Under the pieces are notes generated by a model. It did not search any database. It was not told where the DNA came from and saw only the letters and a list, made by a program, of their open reading frames with translations. Below are positions 8,604 through 21,155 of a stretch of DNA of 64,000 bases, piece after piece. How positions within the stretch are numbered: position 1 is the first letter of the stretch; the number at the start of each line of letters is the position of its first letter. The stretch is from an uncultured delta proteobacterium. GTDB lineage: Bacteria > Desulfobacterota > Binatia > HRBIN30 > BPIQ01. The translations under genes were made by a program, and so were the position numbers. The stretch covers positions 192,001 to 256,000 of the forward strand of contig CAVXGR010000011.1 in the NCBI GenBank assembly GCA_963761335.1, written 5' to 3'.

Positions 8604-11600
8604 TCAGCCTGCCGGCGGCGTTGCGGTTTCTGCCGCCTCGAGAGCCCGCCTCAAGCCGACCGCGAGGATTCTGACGTTCGGCTGCTGAAACATCCCCTCG
8701 TGCGAGGCCGGGACGTCGATGACCTCGACGCCGCGTTGGGCCAGCTCCTTCCAGCCCACCTCCGGATCGCGCAGGCTGAGCAGAGGTCGCGTTCGCGCTC
8801 TGAAGAGGATCACCCGACCGGGATAGGGCCGCGGCTGGTAGGAATTCAGGGCCGAGAGATTCGCCTCGACGAGGCGCTTTCGGTGCTCCGGCAGCTCGGC
8901 GCCGTAGTCGAGCAGCTGCGCCGCTTCCAAGCGCGGCTCGCGCCAGCTCAGCGCCCGGGCGATGCGGCTCGTCCCCGCGCGCAGCTTGCGGGCGACGCGA
9001 GCCTTGCGCCTTCCCGCCTCGAGCGCGACGAACTCTCGGGTCCAGGGCGGCAGATTTCGCAGGAAGCGGGCGACGGCTCTGGGCCCCCATGGAGCGCGAT
9101 GGCGGCGCTGATGGGCGGGGATGTGATCGAAGATGGCGAGAACCGCCACCTCCTCCCCCAGGTCGAAGAGCTGCTGCGCCACCTCCAGAGCCAGGGTTCC
9201 GCCGAGGCTCGCTCCGCCGAGGGCATAGGGACCCTGCGGCTGCACCCCGCGTATCTCGCCGACATAGCGCCGCGCCATCGCCTCGATACTCTCCAGAGGA
9301 GGCTCGCGGCCCGCAAGAGCGGGAGCCCGGATCCCGTAGAAGGGATGCCTCGGCCCCAACAGGCGCGCCAGCGGCCCATACCACAGAACGTCGCCGGTCA
9401 GGCCGTGGATACAGAAGAACGGGACACCGTCACCGCCTGGCTGAAGCGCGGTGAGGCATTTCGAGTCGGCTTCGTCGGCCTGCGCCAGCAAGGCCGAAAG
9501 GCCGCGGACGGTGCGCGCCTGAAGGAAGGCTTCCACCCCGAGCCGGGCTCCGAAGATCACCTCGATGCTCGTCACCAAGCGGACCGCCAGCAACGAGTCG
9601 CCTCCCGCCTCGAAGAAGTCGTCGTCGAGACCGAGATCCGGGCCACCGAAGAGCTCGCGCCAGAGGTCGAGGAGGCCGCCCGTGACGTCATTGACCAGCG
9701 GTGTTCCGGCGTCCGCGCGCCCGGCTCTCTCAGGGTCGCGGTCACCTCTCAAGATCGGATGGTCGATCTTGCCGCTCGGCGTCCTGGGGATCTCGTCGAC
9801 GAGCGAGACGCTGTGGGGAATCATGTGGGCTGGCAGGCGGTCGCGAAGGAATTCCCGCAGGTCGGCCACGGACAGCGGCCGCCGCACCACGACATGCGCG
9901 AACAGCTGTAGTCCCGAGTCATGAGCCGCGTCCTGCCGGGCCCCAGCCGCCGCCTGCACGACGTCGGGATGAGAGCGCAACGCCTCTTCGATTTCGGCCG
10001 GCTGGACTCGAAAACCTCTCACCTTGATCTGCCGGTCTCTGCGGCCCAGCCACTCGAAGGTGCCGTCGCCGCGCAGCACGCCGACATCCCCCGTGCGCAC
10101 GAGCCGCGCGCAGGGATCCGTCCCACGGGGGTCGGTGACGAACTTCTCCGCATCGATGCCCTTGTACCCGCGTGCGATGCGGGGCCCGCCGACGACGATC
10201 TCGCCGGGCGTATCCGCAGCGAGCGCCCGGAGATCATCGCTAGCGATACACACGTCTGTGCGGGGCAAGGGTCGGCCGATCGGAACCAAGCGCGACCATC
10301 GTTCTCCCTTCTCCGGGATCGGGTAAGCGCACACGGTGCCGCCCGCCTCCGTCAGGGAATAGAGGTTCCAGAGCTCCGTCTGGCTGCCGAACAATTCCCG
10401 CCAGGAATCGACGGTCCGCCAGGAAAGGGCCTCTCCGGTACTCAGGATCAAGCGCAGCCGGCCAGCGAGCAGAGTGCACCGCTTCGCCGCCGGCAGCGCC
10501 GACATCGTATCGCTGCACAGCTGCCAGAAGCTGGGGATCGTGTCCCAGACAGTCACGCCTGCCGCCCCCATCAGATCGAAGAGCGCCCGGGGGTCACGCC
10601 GCTGCTCGTCACTGGCGAGAACCGCCGTGGCTCCGAGGCTGAGGGGAAGAAGAAGCTGGCGGAGGGCGGCCGAGAACGCAAAAGAGGCCGAGTGGAGGCA
10701 GATGTCACTTTCGCGGATCGGGAGTGCGGTCGCCAGTGCCTCGAGATAGGCGGACAGGCCGCCATGGGTAATCTCGACGGCCTTCGGCTGCCCTGAGGAA
10801 CCTGACGTGTAAAGGACACAGGCCAGGCCGTCTCTGCTCCACCCATGATCGCAGGGTGCCGCGAATTCACTCGAGGAGCCGTCGACGCTGACCACCACGG
10901 GCGCCGCCACCGCCTTGCGCTCCAGCAGCGCGCCGTGGGTCACCACCACTTCGGCATCGGCCTCCTCGAGCAGCTCGGCCAGCCGCAGCGGCGGCAGGCC
11001 GGGATCGAGCGGCAAGACCGCCCCACCTGCCGCAAGAATACCGAGGAAACCGACGACCGCATCGAGAGAGCGCTCCATCACGTGCCCGACGACACTTCCG
11101 CGGGCCAGCCTCGCGGCGTGCAAGCGCGCCGCGAGGCCTTCGACCCGACGGCTCAGCTCGCCGTAGGTGAGCGCCGCATCTCCGAAGCGCAGCGCCTGCT
11201 TTCCCGAAACGCCGCCGGCCAGCAGAGTGATGCGCCGCTGGATTGGAATCCAATGCGCATCTTGCGGGGCTCGATCCGCCGGGCGAGTGCCGGACGGCGG
11301 CTCCACCGCGATCTCGATTTGCGGACGGCTCGGAGCGCGACCGGACCGAGCGCGGGGATCGTCCGGGAACAACAGCCGCGCCTCGCCGGAGGTGTTGATC
11401 TGGCCGAGCTGGTTCCGGCCTTCGAGCTTCAGCTGAACGACGACACCGTCGTTGGATCTCACCTTCTCCCTCACCGTGGCGACGTACCAGGTGGTGTCGC
11501 CGTAGAGGATCGGCTCCCGCAGCCCGATGCGCAGGCGCTGCAGAAAGCCGCCGTCGCCCATCCAGTTGGTCAGCATCACCGAGACCCAGGCGAAGCGCAT

Positions 11601-12446
11601 CGCCCCATTGTCGAACGGGGCCGGCATGCCCCGCCCCCGGGTGAGGTTGGCGTCCTCATGCTCTTGCGACTTTCTCACCGGCCAGCCGACGGTCGGCAGC
11701 ATCACCGCGGTGTGCGGCTCGGCGAGAGCGTCGCGATACCCGAGTCTGCCGGCTCGGTAGGACGGCCCGCTGGCCGCTTGCCAACAGATCAGGTCGCCGA
11801 CGGTGAGCGGGCCGCGCACGAAGGTCGGCAGCTGATCGCCGGCTTTCAGCCGCCCCAGGTCGGGGACGCCAGCGCCGGCGCGGGCCTCACCCAGGAGCGC
11901 ATCGCGGATTGCCGACAGCTCCGCCGCGGAATAGGCATACGTCAAGCGCTCGGCACGCGGTCCGGAACTGGCAATACGCGCCATCGTTCCCCGGCAGGTT
12001 CCCACCAGGGCGCCCAGCTGATTGCGGTACTCGGTGTCGGAGCAGACGAAGACTGTGCGCCGCCCGCCGCGGTCGCGCGACTCGAGGATCTCCCTCTGGC
12101 GGGCGGCCGCCGACAGTGTGTCGCCTTGGCGCACCGGGTGGCGCCACTCGAGCTCCATCTCGGCGATCAAGCTCGCCAGCGGAACCTCCATCGGTGCGCC
12201 GTGCAGGAAAGGATAGAGGACGGATATCAGGAAGCTGGGAGGTGCGACCGGGCCGCCGTACGGAGAGCGAGTGGCGTACTCAGGGTCGAGCCAGAGCGGA
12301 TTGTCGTCGCTGATACCGTCCGCGAAGTGGCGGATGGCGTCGCGCGACGCGAGCGTGTTCCACAGCCTGCGCTCCTCGATCAGCCGGCCGTTCAGAAGCT
12401 TGGAACGGCCGACGAATTCATCGATCAGAGCGTCCACGCTCGGCAT
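8604..12446 (-). CDS. NRPS-like protein: two MaoC/FAS1-type hot-dog dehydratase domains + adenylation + carrier + thioesterase
   Basis: N-terminal IRHFADGISDDNPLW...APPSF and PAPFDNG...NWMGDGGFL hot-dog motifs; A domain YTSGSSGQPK, RTGD, GRRDRQIKVRGFRV, TPSGKID; carrier FFEAGGDSL; TE GASLGG and C-terminal His. Start 12446 or 12458. Confidence 0.9.
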   Translation of the reverse strand: MPSVDALIDEFVGRSKLLNGRLIEERRLWNTLASRDAIRHFADGISDDNPLWLDPEYATRSPYGGPVAPPSFLISVLYPFLHGAPMEVPLASLIAEMELEWRHPVRQGDTLSAAARQREILESRDRGGRRTVFVCSDTEYRNQLGALVGTCRGTMARIASSGPRAERLTYAYSAAELSAIRDALLGEARAGAGVPDLGRLKAGDQLPTFVRGPLTVGDLICWQAASGPSYRAGRLGYRDALAEPHTAVMLPTVGWPVRKSQEHEDANLTRGRGMPAPFDNGAMRFAWVSVMLTNWMGDGGFLQRLRIGLREPILYGDTTWYVATVREKVRSNDGVVVQLKLEGRNQLGQINTSGEARLLFPDDPRARSGRAPSRPQIEIAVEPPSGTRPADRAPQDAHWIPIQRRITLLAGGVSGKQALRFGDAALTYGELSRRVEGLAARLHAARLARGSVVGHVMERSLDAVVGFLGILAAGGAVLPLDPGLPPLRLAELLEEADAEVVVTHGALLERKAVAAPVVVSVDGSSSEFAAPCDHGWSRDGLACVLYTSGSSGQPKAVEITHGGLSAYLEALATALPIRESDICLHSASFAFSAALRQLLLPLSLGATAVLASDEQRRDPRALFDLMGAAGVTVWDTIPSFWQLCSDTMSALPAAKRCTLLAGRLRLILSTGEALSWRTVDSWRELFGSQTELWNLYSLTEAGGTVCAYPIPEKGERWSRLVPIGRPLPRTDVCIASDDLRALAADTPGEIVVGGPRIARGYKGIDAEKFVTDPRGTDPCARLVRTGDVGVLRGDGTFEWLGRRDRQIKVRGFRVQPAEIEEALRSHPDVVQAAAGARQDAAHDSGLQLFAHVVVRRPLSVADLREFLRDRLPAHMIPHSVSLVDEIPRTPSGKIDHPILRGDRDPERAGRADAGTPLVNDVTGGLLDLWRELFGGPDLGLDDDFFEAGGDSLLAVRLVTSIEVIFGARLGVEAFLQARTVRGLSALLAQADEADSKCLTALQPGGDGVPFFCIHGLTGDVLWYGPLARLLGPRHPFYGIRAPALAGREPPLESIEAMARRYVGEIRGVQPQGPYALGGASLGGTLALEVAQQLFDLGEEVAVLAIFDHIPAHQRRHRAPWGPRAVARFLRNLPPWTREFVALEAGRRKARVARKLRAGTSRIARALSWREPRLEAAQLLDYGAELPEHRKRLVEANLSALNSYQPRPYPGRVILFRARTRPLLSLRDPEVGWKELAQRGVEVIDVPASHEGMFQQPNVRILAVGLRRALEAAETATPPAG

Positions 12447-12539
12447 CCATACCCTCATCGCGCAGCGCTTGACAATTTCGTCGCACCGAGCCGCTCGATA
12501 CTCGGGGCGTCGGTGAGACGCCGCTTCGACGCAGTCGCC

Positions 12540-14162
12540 TCAGCCGTGCTGCTGGACCTCCCGCGCCTGCTCGGCATCGGGGGCCAGATCGCTGTGGCAG
12601 GCGTGCTTGCCCTCGACCACCGGGAGAACGCGACGCTGCTCCAGCAGCTCGCGGCCCTCGCCGCTCGCTCCGGGGCTCGGCATGGCGCGGCGCTGCGGCT
12701 GGAAGTCCGGATCCTTGCCGCTGGCGAACTGCGCGATCTCTTTGGAGATGCGCATGCTGCACCAGTCGTGACCGCACATGGCGCAGAAGTCCGTGTCGAC
12801 CTCGAGATCCTCGTCGTGGAGGGCGCGCGCCGTCTCGCCGTCGAAGGCCAGCTCGAACTGCTTCGGCCAGTTGAGGGCAGCGCGGGCGCGCGACAGGTCG
12901 TCGTCCCACTGGCGGGCGCCGGCGATGCCGCGGGCGATGTCGCCGGCGTGGGCGGCGATCTTGTAGGCGATGCAGCCGGCCTTGACGTCCTGCGCCTTCG
13001 GCAGGCCGACGTGCTCCTTGGGCGTGACGTAGCAGAGCATCGCCGCCCCGCTGCGCGCCGCCTCGGTGGCACCGATGGCGCTGGTGATGTGGTCGTAGCC
13101 GGGAAAGACGTCGGTGACCAGCGGCCCGAGCACGTAGAACGGCGCGTCGTCGCAGACGCGCTGCTCGAGCTGCATGTTGAAGGCAATCTGGTCCAGCGGC
13201 ACATGCCCGGGGCCCTCGACCATGACCTGCACGCCGGCGTCGCGGGCGCGGTGCACCAGCTCTCCCAGCGTCTGCAGCTCGGCGAGCTGCGCGGCATCGG
13301 AGGCATCGGCGAGGCAGCCCGGGCGCAGGCCGTCACCGAGCGAGTAGGTGACGTCGTACTGGCGCATGATGGCGCTGATCTCGTCGAACAGCTCGTACAT
13401 GGGATTCTGCCTGCCGTGGTGGATCATCCACTTGGCGAGCAACGAGCCGCCGCGGGAGACGATGCCGGTGACGCGGCCACCGATCAGCGGCAGGTGGGCG
13501 CGCAGAACACCCGCGTGGATGGTAAAGTAATCGACACCCTGCTGCGCCTGTCGCTCGATCTCCGCGAGAATGATGTCGTAGGACAGGTCTTCGATCCGGC
13601 GGCCGATGATCATGCTGTAGATCGGCACGGTGCCGATGGGGATGGTGCTGTTGTCGATGATCGCCTGGCGGCATTCCTCCAGGTGGCCGCCGGTGGAGAG
13701 ATCCATCAGCGTGTCGGCGCCGTACTTCTGCGCCCAGCGCAGCTTCTCGACCTCCTCTCGCGTGTCGCTGCTCACCGGGGAGGCGCCGATGTTGGCGTTG
13801 ATCTTGGTGGTGATCATGCGGCCGATCCCGGTCGGGTCGAGTCGCTTGGGCGCCTTCTCGCCGCGCAGCAGATCGGCGTCGCTGATCGACTGCCAGCGCT
13901 GCGTCGCCGTCTGGTTGACCCAGTGACGCGCGCCCGGCCGCGCCCCGGGATGGCCGACCGGCGCCGGAGTCGCGCCGTCGCCGTCAAGGCGCAACGGCGG
14001 CGCGCCGCCGCTGCCGGCGAGGTGCCGCTGATTCGCGGGAATCACCAGGCGGCCGCGCGCCACCTCGTCGCGGATGAAATCCGGCGAGACGCCTTCGCGC
14101 TCGGCAACGCGTCTCATCTCTGCGGTGGTCACGCCTCGGCGGGCGGATTCGAGCTGGGTCAT
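12540..14162 (-). CDS. thiC: Phosphomethylpyrimidine synthase
   Basis: [60 protein letters not shown] and C-terminal CAMCGHDWC Fe-S motif. Confidence 0.97.
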   Translation of the reverse strand: MTQLESARRGVTTAEMRRVAEREGVSPDFIRDEVARGRLVIPANQRHLAGSGGAPPLRLDGDGATPAPVGHPGARPGARHWVNQTATQRWQSISDADLLRGEKAPKRLDPTGIGRMITTKINANIGASPVSSDTREEVEKLRWAQKYGADTLMDLSTGGHLEECRQAIIDNSTIPIGTVPIYSMIIGRRIEDLSYDIILAEIERQAQQGVDYFTIHAGVLRAHLPLIGGRVTGIVSRGGSLLAKWMIHHGRQNPMYELFDEISAIMRQYDVTYSLGDGLRPGCLADASDAAQLAELQTLGELVHRARDAGVQVMVEGPGHVPLDQIAFNMQLEQRVCDDAPFYVLGPLVTDVFPGYDHITSAIGATEAARSGAAMLCYVTPKEHVGLPKAQDVKAGCIAYKIAAHAGDIARGIAGARQWDDDLSRARAALNWPKQFELAFDGETARALHDEDLEVDTDFCAMCGHDWCSMRISKEIAQFASGKDPDFQPQRRAMPSPGASGEGRELLEQRRVLPVVEGKHACHSDLAPDAEQAREVQQHG

Positions 14163-14217
14163 GTCATCGACACCTCGGCTTGACGTCAGCCCACCGTACG
14201 CCGGGCGGGAAAGCGGA

Positions 14218-16728
14218 TCAAGGCGGGGAAATCTCCCTCTCCGAGGCCGCGGCACCGGCGGCGAGCGATGGCGCCGTCAGGGGCAGTCGCACCGTGAAGC
14301 AGCTGCCGCGCCCGACCTCGCTGCGGGCGGTGATCGTGCCGCCGTGGAGCTCGACGATCTTCTTGGCCACCGCCAGACCGAGGCCGGTGCCGCTCGCCTT
14401 GGTGGTGAAGAACAGCTTGAACAGTGGGTCGACCTGGCTTCCGGGAATCCCGGGGCCGGTGTCCGCCACCGCGATCGATACCTCGCGACCGCCCTCCACC
14501 AGACGCGCCGAGACGGTGACCTCGCCGCCCTCGGGCATCGCCTCGACGGCATTGGAAAGAAGCGCCAGCAGCACCTGCTCGATCTGCGCGTAGTCGAGCT
14601 CTGCCGGCGGCAGGTCCGGCTCCACCGCGGTGGACAGCGCCACCTTCTGTGAGAGGATCTGGCTGCGCATCGAGGTGAGCGCGTCGGCGATGATGTCCTC
14701 GACGCGACAGGGGGCGCGATGCGGTTGGAAGGGCCGGGCGAAGTCCAGCAGCGCCTTGATGCGTCCCTCGAGCTTGTCGACCTCGCCGATGATGTCGACG
14801 ATGTTCTCGTGCAACGGGTGATCGCGCGCCAGGTCGAGATCGGCGAACTGTGCCGCGGCCTTGATGCCCGCCAGCGGGTTGCGGATGCCGTGCGCCACCG
14901 AGGCGGAGAGCTCGCCGATGGCGGCGAAGCGCTCGGCCTCGATGAGACGCGACTGCGCCGCCCGCAGCTCCTCGTTGGCGCGCACTAGGGCCCGGTACGA
15001 GTGGGCGTTCTCCACCGCCACCGCCCCCTGGTTCGCCAGCGTGCGCAGCAGCTCGAGATCCTCGCCGGAGTAGAAGCGCCCCGATTCCTTCTGCCCGAGG
15101 GCCAGGAAGCCCACCAAGCGCCGCTCGAATGACATCGGCACCAGCAGGCGCGAGCCCAGGCGCGCCAACTCCTCCGACTGCAGGCCGCGGCGGGCGATGA
15201 AGTCCTCGGTGAGGATTCTCTGCGGGCGCTCCTCCAGCCGCCGCAGCAGGGCGCTGTCGCCGGCTATGTCGCGCGGCAGGGACGGCGGCTGGGCGCCGGC
15301 GACCGCTTGCAGTTGATATCCCTGGCCGTCGCGGCCTCGCAACCAGACGGCGCCGAACTCGACGTGAATGGTGTCGGTGATGATGTTGAGGATGCGGCCA
15401 ACCACCGTCTCCAGGTTGAGAAGCGTCGCCAGCGCCTGGCTCGCCTCGGCGACGGTGCGGCGGTAGTCATAGCGGTCGCGCGCGAACAGGAAGTCGATGG
15501 CCGCCTGCACGCGGCCGCGCAGCGGATTGAACACGGCGACGATCAGCAACAGGAACAGCAGCTGCGCCACACGACCGCTGCGCCCGGCGAACATCAGCTC
15601 GAGTGTGCCGACGGCGCCGACGTACACCACCGCGATCACCCCGGTGAGAATCGCCCAGGAGAGCGCCCGGCGAATGATCGCGTCCACCTCGAAGAGGTTG
15701 TGCTTCACGATCGCGTAGCTGATGGCGACGGGAAAGATCGCCAGCGGCATGACCAGGACGTTCGAGGGGATGCTGACGCCCATGAGGTAGAACAAGAGGT
15801 AGCCGACCACCGGCGATAGAAAGGCGACCAGAGCGCCGAGGGCGGCGATCTTGATCCGCTGCCGAGCCGCCGCCGAAGGCGGGAAGAAGAAGCTCTGCGC
15901 CAGGAGGGCGATCAGGACCAGACCGCCGGCCGTCACCGCCGCGGCGTGTAGATGATTGAAGAAGATGACGCTGTCGTACCATCGGCGGAACGCCAGGTTC
16001 TTGCAGACGCCGACGACCAGCGCCGCTCCGTACAGCGCCGGCATCAACCACCGAAAGCGCTGGAGCACGCGGCGCTCGACCGGAAACGTCAGCGCCACGT
16101 GCAGCAGCGAGATGGGCACCACCGCCTCGGCCATCAGCCACAGCGGCCGGAACCAGGCGAAGCCGAGGATGTCCGCCTCGGTCACCAGATAGATCCCCCA
16201 GCTCACCCCGGCGACCAGCATGGCGCGGGCCGCCGGGGCATCCGGGCGGATGAGGTAGACCGCGAACCCGAGGAGCGTCAGCAGGGCTCCGATCAGGATG
16301 TAGCTGCCCAGTGTCCACAGATACTCCGGCGGCGTGAAGCGCATGGTCGGCACCGTGCGGTTCACCGTCGAGCCGTCCGGCAGCGCGAACGTGTAGCGGA
16401 TGTTGGTGCCCACCGGGACTTTGCGCGCATGCCGGTACACCTGGTAGGCGGCGTGCACGGGCTCCCCGTCGACGGCGATCAGCCGCGACTGGAATGGAAC
16501 ATCGGAGACGTAGCTCGGCCAGTCCGTATCCCCGACGGCGGGGACGAATAGGTTCTCCCACAGCAGAAAGCCCGGAAAAGGCCGATTGATCCAGCGAATC
16601 GAGTTGAAGGCGCAGAGCAGAACCACCACCGCCGCCAAGCCTGCGGCAATGCGGAAGGTCCAGCCGACGACGGGCCAGCCCGACTTGCGATTCGACATAT
16701 ACTGGATGGGAGAGGGGGTCGAGGACAT
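14218..16728 (-). CDS. Membrane sensor histidine kinase (extracytoplasmic PDZ-like region, multiple TM helices, GAF, HisKA, HATPase)
   Basis: Many hydrophobic helices; [21 protein letters not shown]...[20 protein letters not shown]-box [26 protein letters not shown]. Confidence 0.92.
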   Translation of the reverse strand: MSSTPSPIQYMSNRKSGWPVVGWTFRIAAGLAAVVVLLCAFNSIRWINRPFPGFLLWENLFVPAVGDTDWPSYVSDVPFQSRLIAVDGEPVHAAYQVYRHARKVPVGTNIRYTFALPDGSTVNRTVPTMRFTPPEYLWTLGSYILIGALLTLLGFAVYLIRPDAPAARAMLVAGVSWGIYLVTEADILGFAWFRPLWLMAEAVVPISLLHVALTFPVERRVLQRFRWLMPALYGAALVVGVCKNLAFRRWYDSVIFFNHLHAAAVTAGGLVLIALLAQSFFFPPSAAARQRIKIAALGALVAFLSPVVGYLLFYLMGVSIPSNVLVMPLAIFPVAISYAIVKHNLFEVDAIIRRALSWAILTGVIAVVYVGAVGTLELMFAGRSGRVAQLLFLLLIVAVFNPLRGRVQAAIDFLFARDRYDYRRTVAEASQALATLLNLETVVGRILNIITDTIHVEFGAVWLRGRDGQGYQLQAVAGAQPPSLPRDIAGDSALLRRLEERPQRILTEDFIARRGLQSEELARLGSRLLVPMSFERRLVGFLALGQKESGRFYSGEDLELLRTLANQGAVAVENAHSYRALVRANEELRAAQSRLIEAERFAAIGELSASVAHGIRNPLAGIKAAAQFADLDLARDHPLHENIVDIIGEVDKLEGRIKALLDFARPFQPHRAPCRVEDIIADALTSMRSQILSQKVALSTAVEPDLPPAELDYAQIEQVLLALLSNAVEAMPEGGEVTVSARLVEGGREVSIAVADTGPGIPGSQVDPLFKLFFTTKASGTGLGLAVAKKIVELHGGTITARSEVGRGSCFTVRLPLTAPSLAAGAAASEREISPP

Positions 16729-16927
16729 TTGCCGCGGAGCAAAGTCTGAGCCTCCTCAGACGAAGCGGATTCTATTGCCGCCACCGCCGTATTTCAAATC
16801 GGTATCAACCTCAGCCTCCGGGCCTCTGTGGGGTTTGCCTCATGGTCGAGGAGGGTCAGTGGGGGATTTGCCCCAGACCCATTGCCCGGGCTGCTCTGGA
16901 AGTACTTGCGTTCGAGAGCCCCGATGT

Positions 16928-16943
16928 TGGTATCGCGCTTGCT
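16928..16943 (+). promoter_or_regulatory. Candidate sigma-54 (-24/-12) promoter
   Basis: TGGTATCGCGCTTGCT (GG-N10-GC) just upstream of the response regulator ATG at 16956. Confidence 0.5.
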
Positions 16944-16955
16944 GTGAACCGGCTC

Positions 16956-17354
16956 ATGGGCAAGAAAGTTCTGATCGTCGAAGACGAGGTGGTGCTTCGC
17001 AAGCACCTCGCTCGCCTTCTCGTGCGTCAAGGCTACGAGGTGGCGACCGCCGCCAGCCGGGCCGAGGCGCTCGACGAGCTCGGGCGCGGCAGCTTCGAAG
17101 CGCTCCTGCTCGACGTCAGACTCCCGGACGGAGACGGCCTCGACCTGCTCGCCGGGCTCGGTGAGGAACAGCGACCCCCCCACACCGTCGTGATGACGGC
17201 GCACAGCACCCCCGAGCACGAAGAGCTGGCAGGACGCCTACACGTCAGCCGTTTCCTCCACAAGCCCTTCGACCTCTACCAGTTCCATCAGTTCATCGGC
17301 GCGGTCCGTCAACAACTCCCCCCCGAGTTGGACCGCGACCCCCCAAAGCCTTGA
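16956..17354 (+). CDS. Single-domain response regulator
   Basis: KVLIVEDE...LLDVRLPDGDG...VMTA...FLHKPFDL. Confidence 0.9.
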   Translation: MGKKVLIVEDEVVLRKHLARLLVRQGYEVATAASRAEALDELGRGSFEALLLDVRLPDGDGLDLLAGLGEEQRPPHTVVMTAHSTPEHEELAGRLHVSRFLHKPFDLYQFHQFIGAVRQQLPPELDRDPPKP

Positions 17355-17569
17355 GGGCGGCGCACACCCGCCCTCAAGGTCCTCCCCCCTTCTTCATTCT
17401 CATCCCCCTCATTCCCGGTTCTCATCCCGTCGTTGTCCATCGTTCTGCGAGCCGCGTGAGAGCCCTCCGCTGCGCAGGTCACTCGCAGCTGTCAGGGCGA
17501 ATGGAAAACGACGGCATGAGAACCGGGGATGAGAACGGATAATCAAGAAGAGGAGCCTTGCCTTCTCGT

Positions 17570-18958
17570 CTACTCTCCCAGGCCGAACTTCTCCATGCGA
17601 TAGCGAAGGGTGTCGCGGGAGATGCCGAGAAGCCGTGCCGCGGCGCTCTGGTTTCCACCCGCCTTCTCCAGCGCCCGCACGAGAAAGGCGCGCTCCACGG
17701 ATTCGAGAGAGATCCCCTCGTCGGGTAGATCGATCTGCACCTGTCCGGCGGGACCGACAGAGACCCGGCCTTCGGCGGTGGAGGCCGTCGGCAGCCCCAG
17801 GTGCACGGCTTCGACCGGGTCGGCGTCGGAGAAGAGAACGACGCGCTCCATGACATTGGCGAGCTCGCGCACGTTGCCCGGCCACGGGTAGCGCGCGATC
17901 GCCTGCTGCGCCGCGGGCGAGAGGGCGCGACGGCCGACGCCGTAGCGGCGGCAGGTCTCGTCGAGGAGAGCCCGGGCGAGGAGCACGGCGTCGTCGTCGC
18001 GCTCGCGAACCGGGGGAATGCGGATCACCGCCACCGACAGGCGCTGGTAGAGATCCTCGCGGAATTCGCCGAGCCGCACCGCCGCCTCGATGTCGCGGTT
18101 GGTGGCGGCGATCACCTGCACGTCGACGCGGCGAGCGGCGGTGGCGCCGATGCGGCGCACCACCTTCTCCTCGATCACCTTGAGGAACTTGGATTGGAAC
18201 GCCGGGGAGATGTGTCCGATCTCGTCGAGAAAGATGGCGCCCCCCTCGGCGGTTTCGAAGAGGCCGGCGCGCGCCGTACGGGCGTCGGTAAAGGCCCCCT
18301 TTTCGTAGCCGAAGAGCTCCGACTCGACCAGGTTCTCCGGCAGGGCCGTGCAGTTCACCTCGATGAACGGCCCGGTGCGCCGGCCGCCGGCGGCGTGCAG
18401 CGCCCGCGCCACGTGCCCCTTGCCGCTGCCGGTCTCGCCGAGCAAGAGCACCGTCGGCGCCGGCGCCCCGGGGCCCGTCGTCATGCGCGCCACGCGCATC
18501 ACCAGGCTCTGCAGATGGCGCGCCGCCGCCGACTCGCCGAGGATGGCGCCGGCGGCAGCCTCCCGCTCGCGGTAGTACGAGATCTCGCGCTGCTGCTGGG
18601 CGCCGCGCAGTGCCTGCTCCACCTTGAGGCGGATCTCCTCGAGGTCGAGCGGCTTCTGCACGTAGTCGCGCGCCCCGCGCTGCATGGCGCGCACGGCGTC
18701 GGCCACCGATCCATAGGCGGTCATCATGATCACCGGCAGGTCGGGATCGGAGCCGACGAAGACGTCGAGAAGATCGAGCCCGCTGCCGTCGGGCAGGCGC
18801 AGATCGAGGAGAACGATGTCGATCGGCGCCGCCGAGAACAGCCGCCGCGCCTCGGCGATGGAGGTGGCGTGCTGCACCTCGAAGCCCTGGCGGACGAATG
18901 CCTTGGAGAGGTTGCGGGCGAGGACGGCCTCGTCCTCGATGATCAGCAGGCTGGGCAT
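17570..18958 (-). CDS. Sigma-54-dependent NtrC-family response regulator
   Basis: Receiver (LIIEDE, LDLRLPD), AAA+ GETGSGKG, ESELFGYEKGAFTDA, FLDEIG, WPGNVREL, Fis-type HTH NQSAAARLLGISRDTLRYRM. Confidence 0.96.
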   Translation of the reverse strand: MPSLLIIEDEAVLARNLSKAFVRQGFEVQHATSIAEARRLFSAAPIDIVLLDLRLPDGSGLDLLDVFVGSDPDLPVIMMTAYGSVADAVRAMQRGARDYVQKPLDLEEIRLKVEQALRGAQQQREISYYREREAAAGAILGESAAARHLQSLVMRVARMTTGPGAPAPTVLLLGETGSGKGHVARALHAAGGRRTGPFIEVNCTALPENLVESELFGYEKGAFTDARTARAGLFETAEGGAIFLDEIGHISPAFQSKFLKVIEEKVVRRIGATAARRVDVQVIAATNRDIEAAVRLGEFREDLYQRLSVAVIRIPPVRERDDDAVLLARALLDETCRRYGVGRRALSPAAQQAIARYPWPGNVRELANVMERVVLFSDADPVEAVHLGLPTASTAEGRVSVGPAGQVQIDLPDEGISLESVERAFLVRALEKAGGNQSAAARLLGISRDTLRYRMEKFGLGE

Positions 18959-19113
18959 CGGATCTTCTTCGTCTAGCGGAGCTTGGTGTTTCGAGGCAAT
19001 CGCGGGACGGCTGGGCCCTGAGCCCCCGCTTGCCGCCGCCCGGCCAGCTGGTCGCGCTGCGGGCGGCGATCCGCTATCCTACGCCGAACCAACACGTTAA
19101 ACGAGGTTTTTGA

Positions 19114-20531
<1,418 letters not shown>

Positions 20532-20535
<4 letters not shown>

Positions 20536-21152
20536 GCGAGCTGATCCGCATCACCCGAGTCGCCGGCCGGCCGATTCCGCTGCGCGGCAACGACATCGAC
20601 ACCGACCGCATCATCCCGGCGCGATTCATGAAGGCGGTGACCTTCGACGGGCTCGGGCAGTACGCCTTCTTCGACGCCCGCCTCGACGAGAGCGGCGGCT
20701 CGCGCGGGCACGTGATGGACGACCCGCGCTTTCTCGCCAAGGGATCGCGCATCGCCGTCGTCAACAAGAACTTCGGATGCGGCTCGTCGCGCGAGCACGC
20801 CCCCCAAGCGCTGCTGCGCTGGGGCGTCAAGGCGCTGGTCGGGGAATCCTTCGCCGACATCTTCTTCGGCAACTGCCTGGCGCTGGGCATGCCCTGCGTA
20901 ACCGCGAGCGCAGCGGACATCGCCTCCCTCATGGCGGCCGTCGAGGAGAACCCGGCGCACGACCTCGTCGTCGATCTGGAGCAGAGCACCGCCACCTACC
21001 GCGGCCGCGCCTACCCCACCGCCATGCCCCCCGGCGCCAGCCGCCAGCTCATCGACGGCACCTGGAACGCCACCCGCATCCTGCTCGACGCCGAGCCGCA
21101 GATCCGCGAAACCGCGAAGCGCCTGCCCTACGTCAGCGGCTTCCGCCGGTGA
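20532..21152 (+). CDS. leuD: 3-isopropylmalate dehydratase small subunit
   Basis: [42 protein letters not shown] overlap with leuC. Confidence 0.98.
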
Positions 21153-21155
21153 GAC

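Noticed and set aside
10845..14183. 1112-aa plus-strand ORF, and similar long ORFs at 36748-39666, 24418-26697, 49343-51445 and 41881-43611
   Set aside because: Antisense shadows of well-supported genes in high-GC DNA; no recognisable motifs.
14163..14217. TPP riboswitch upstream of thiC
   Set aside because: Only 55 bp of intergenic space and no TPP aptamer core motifs.
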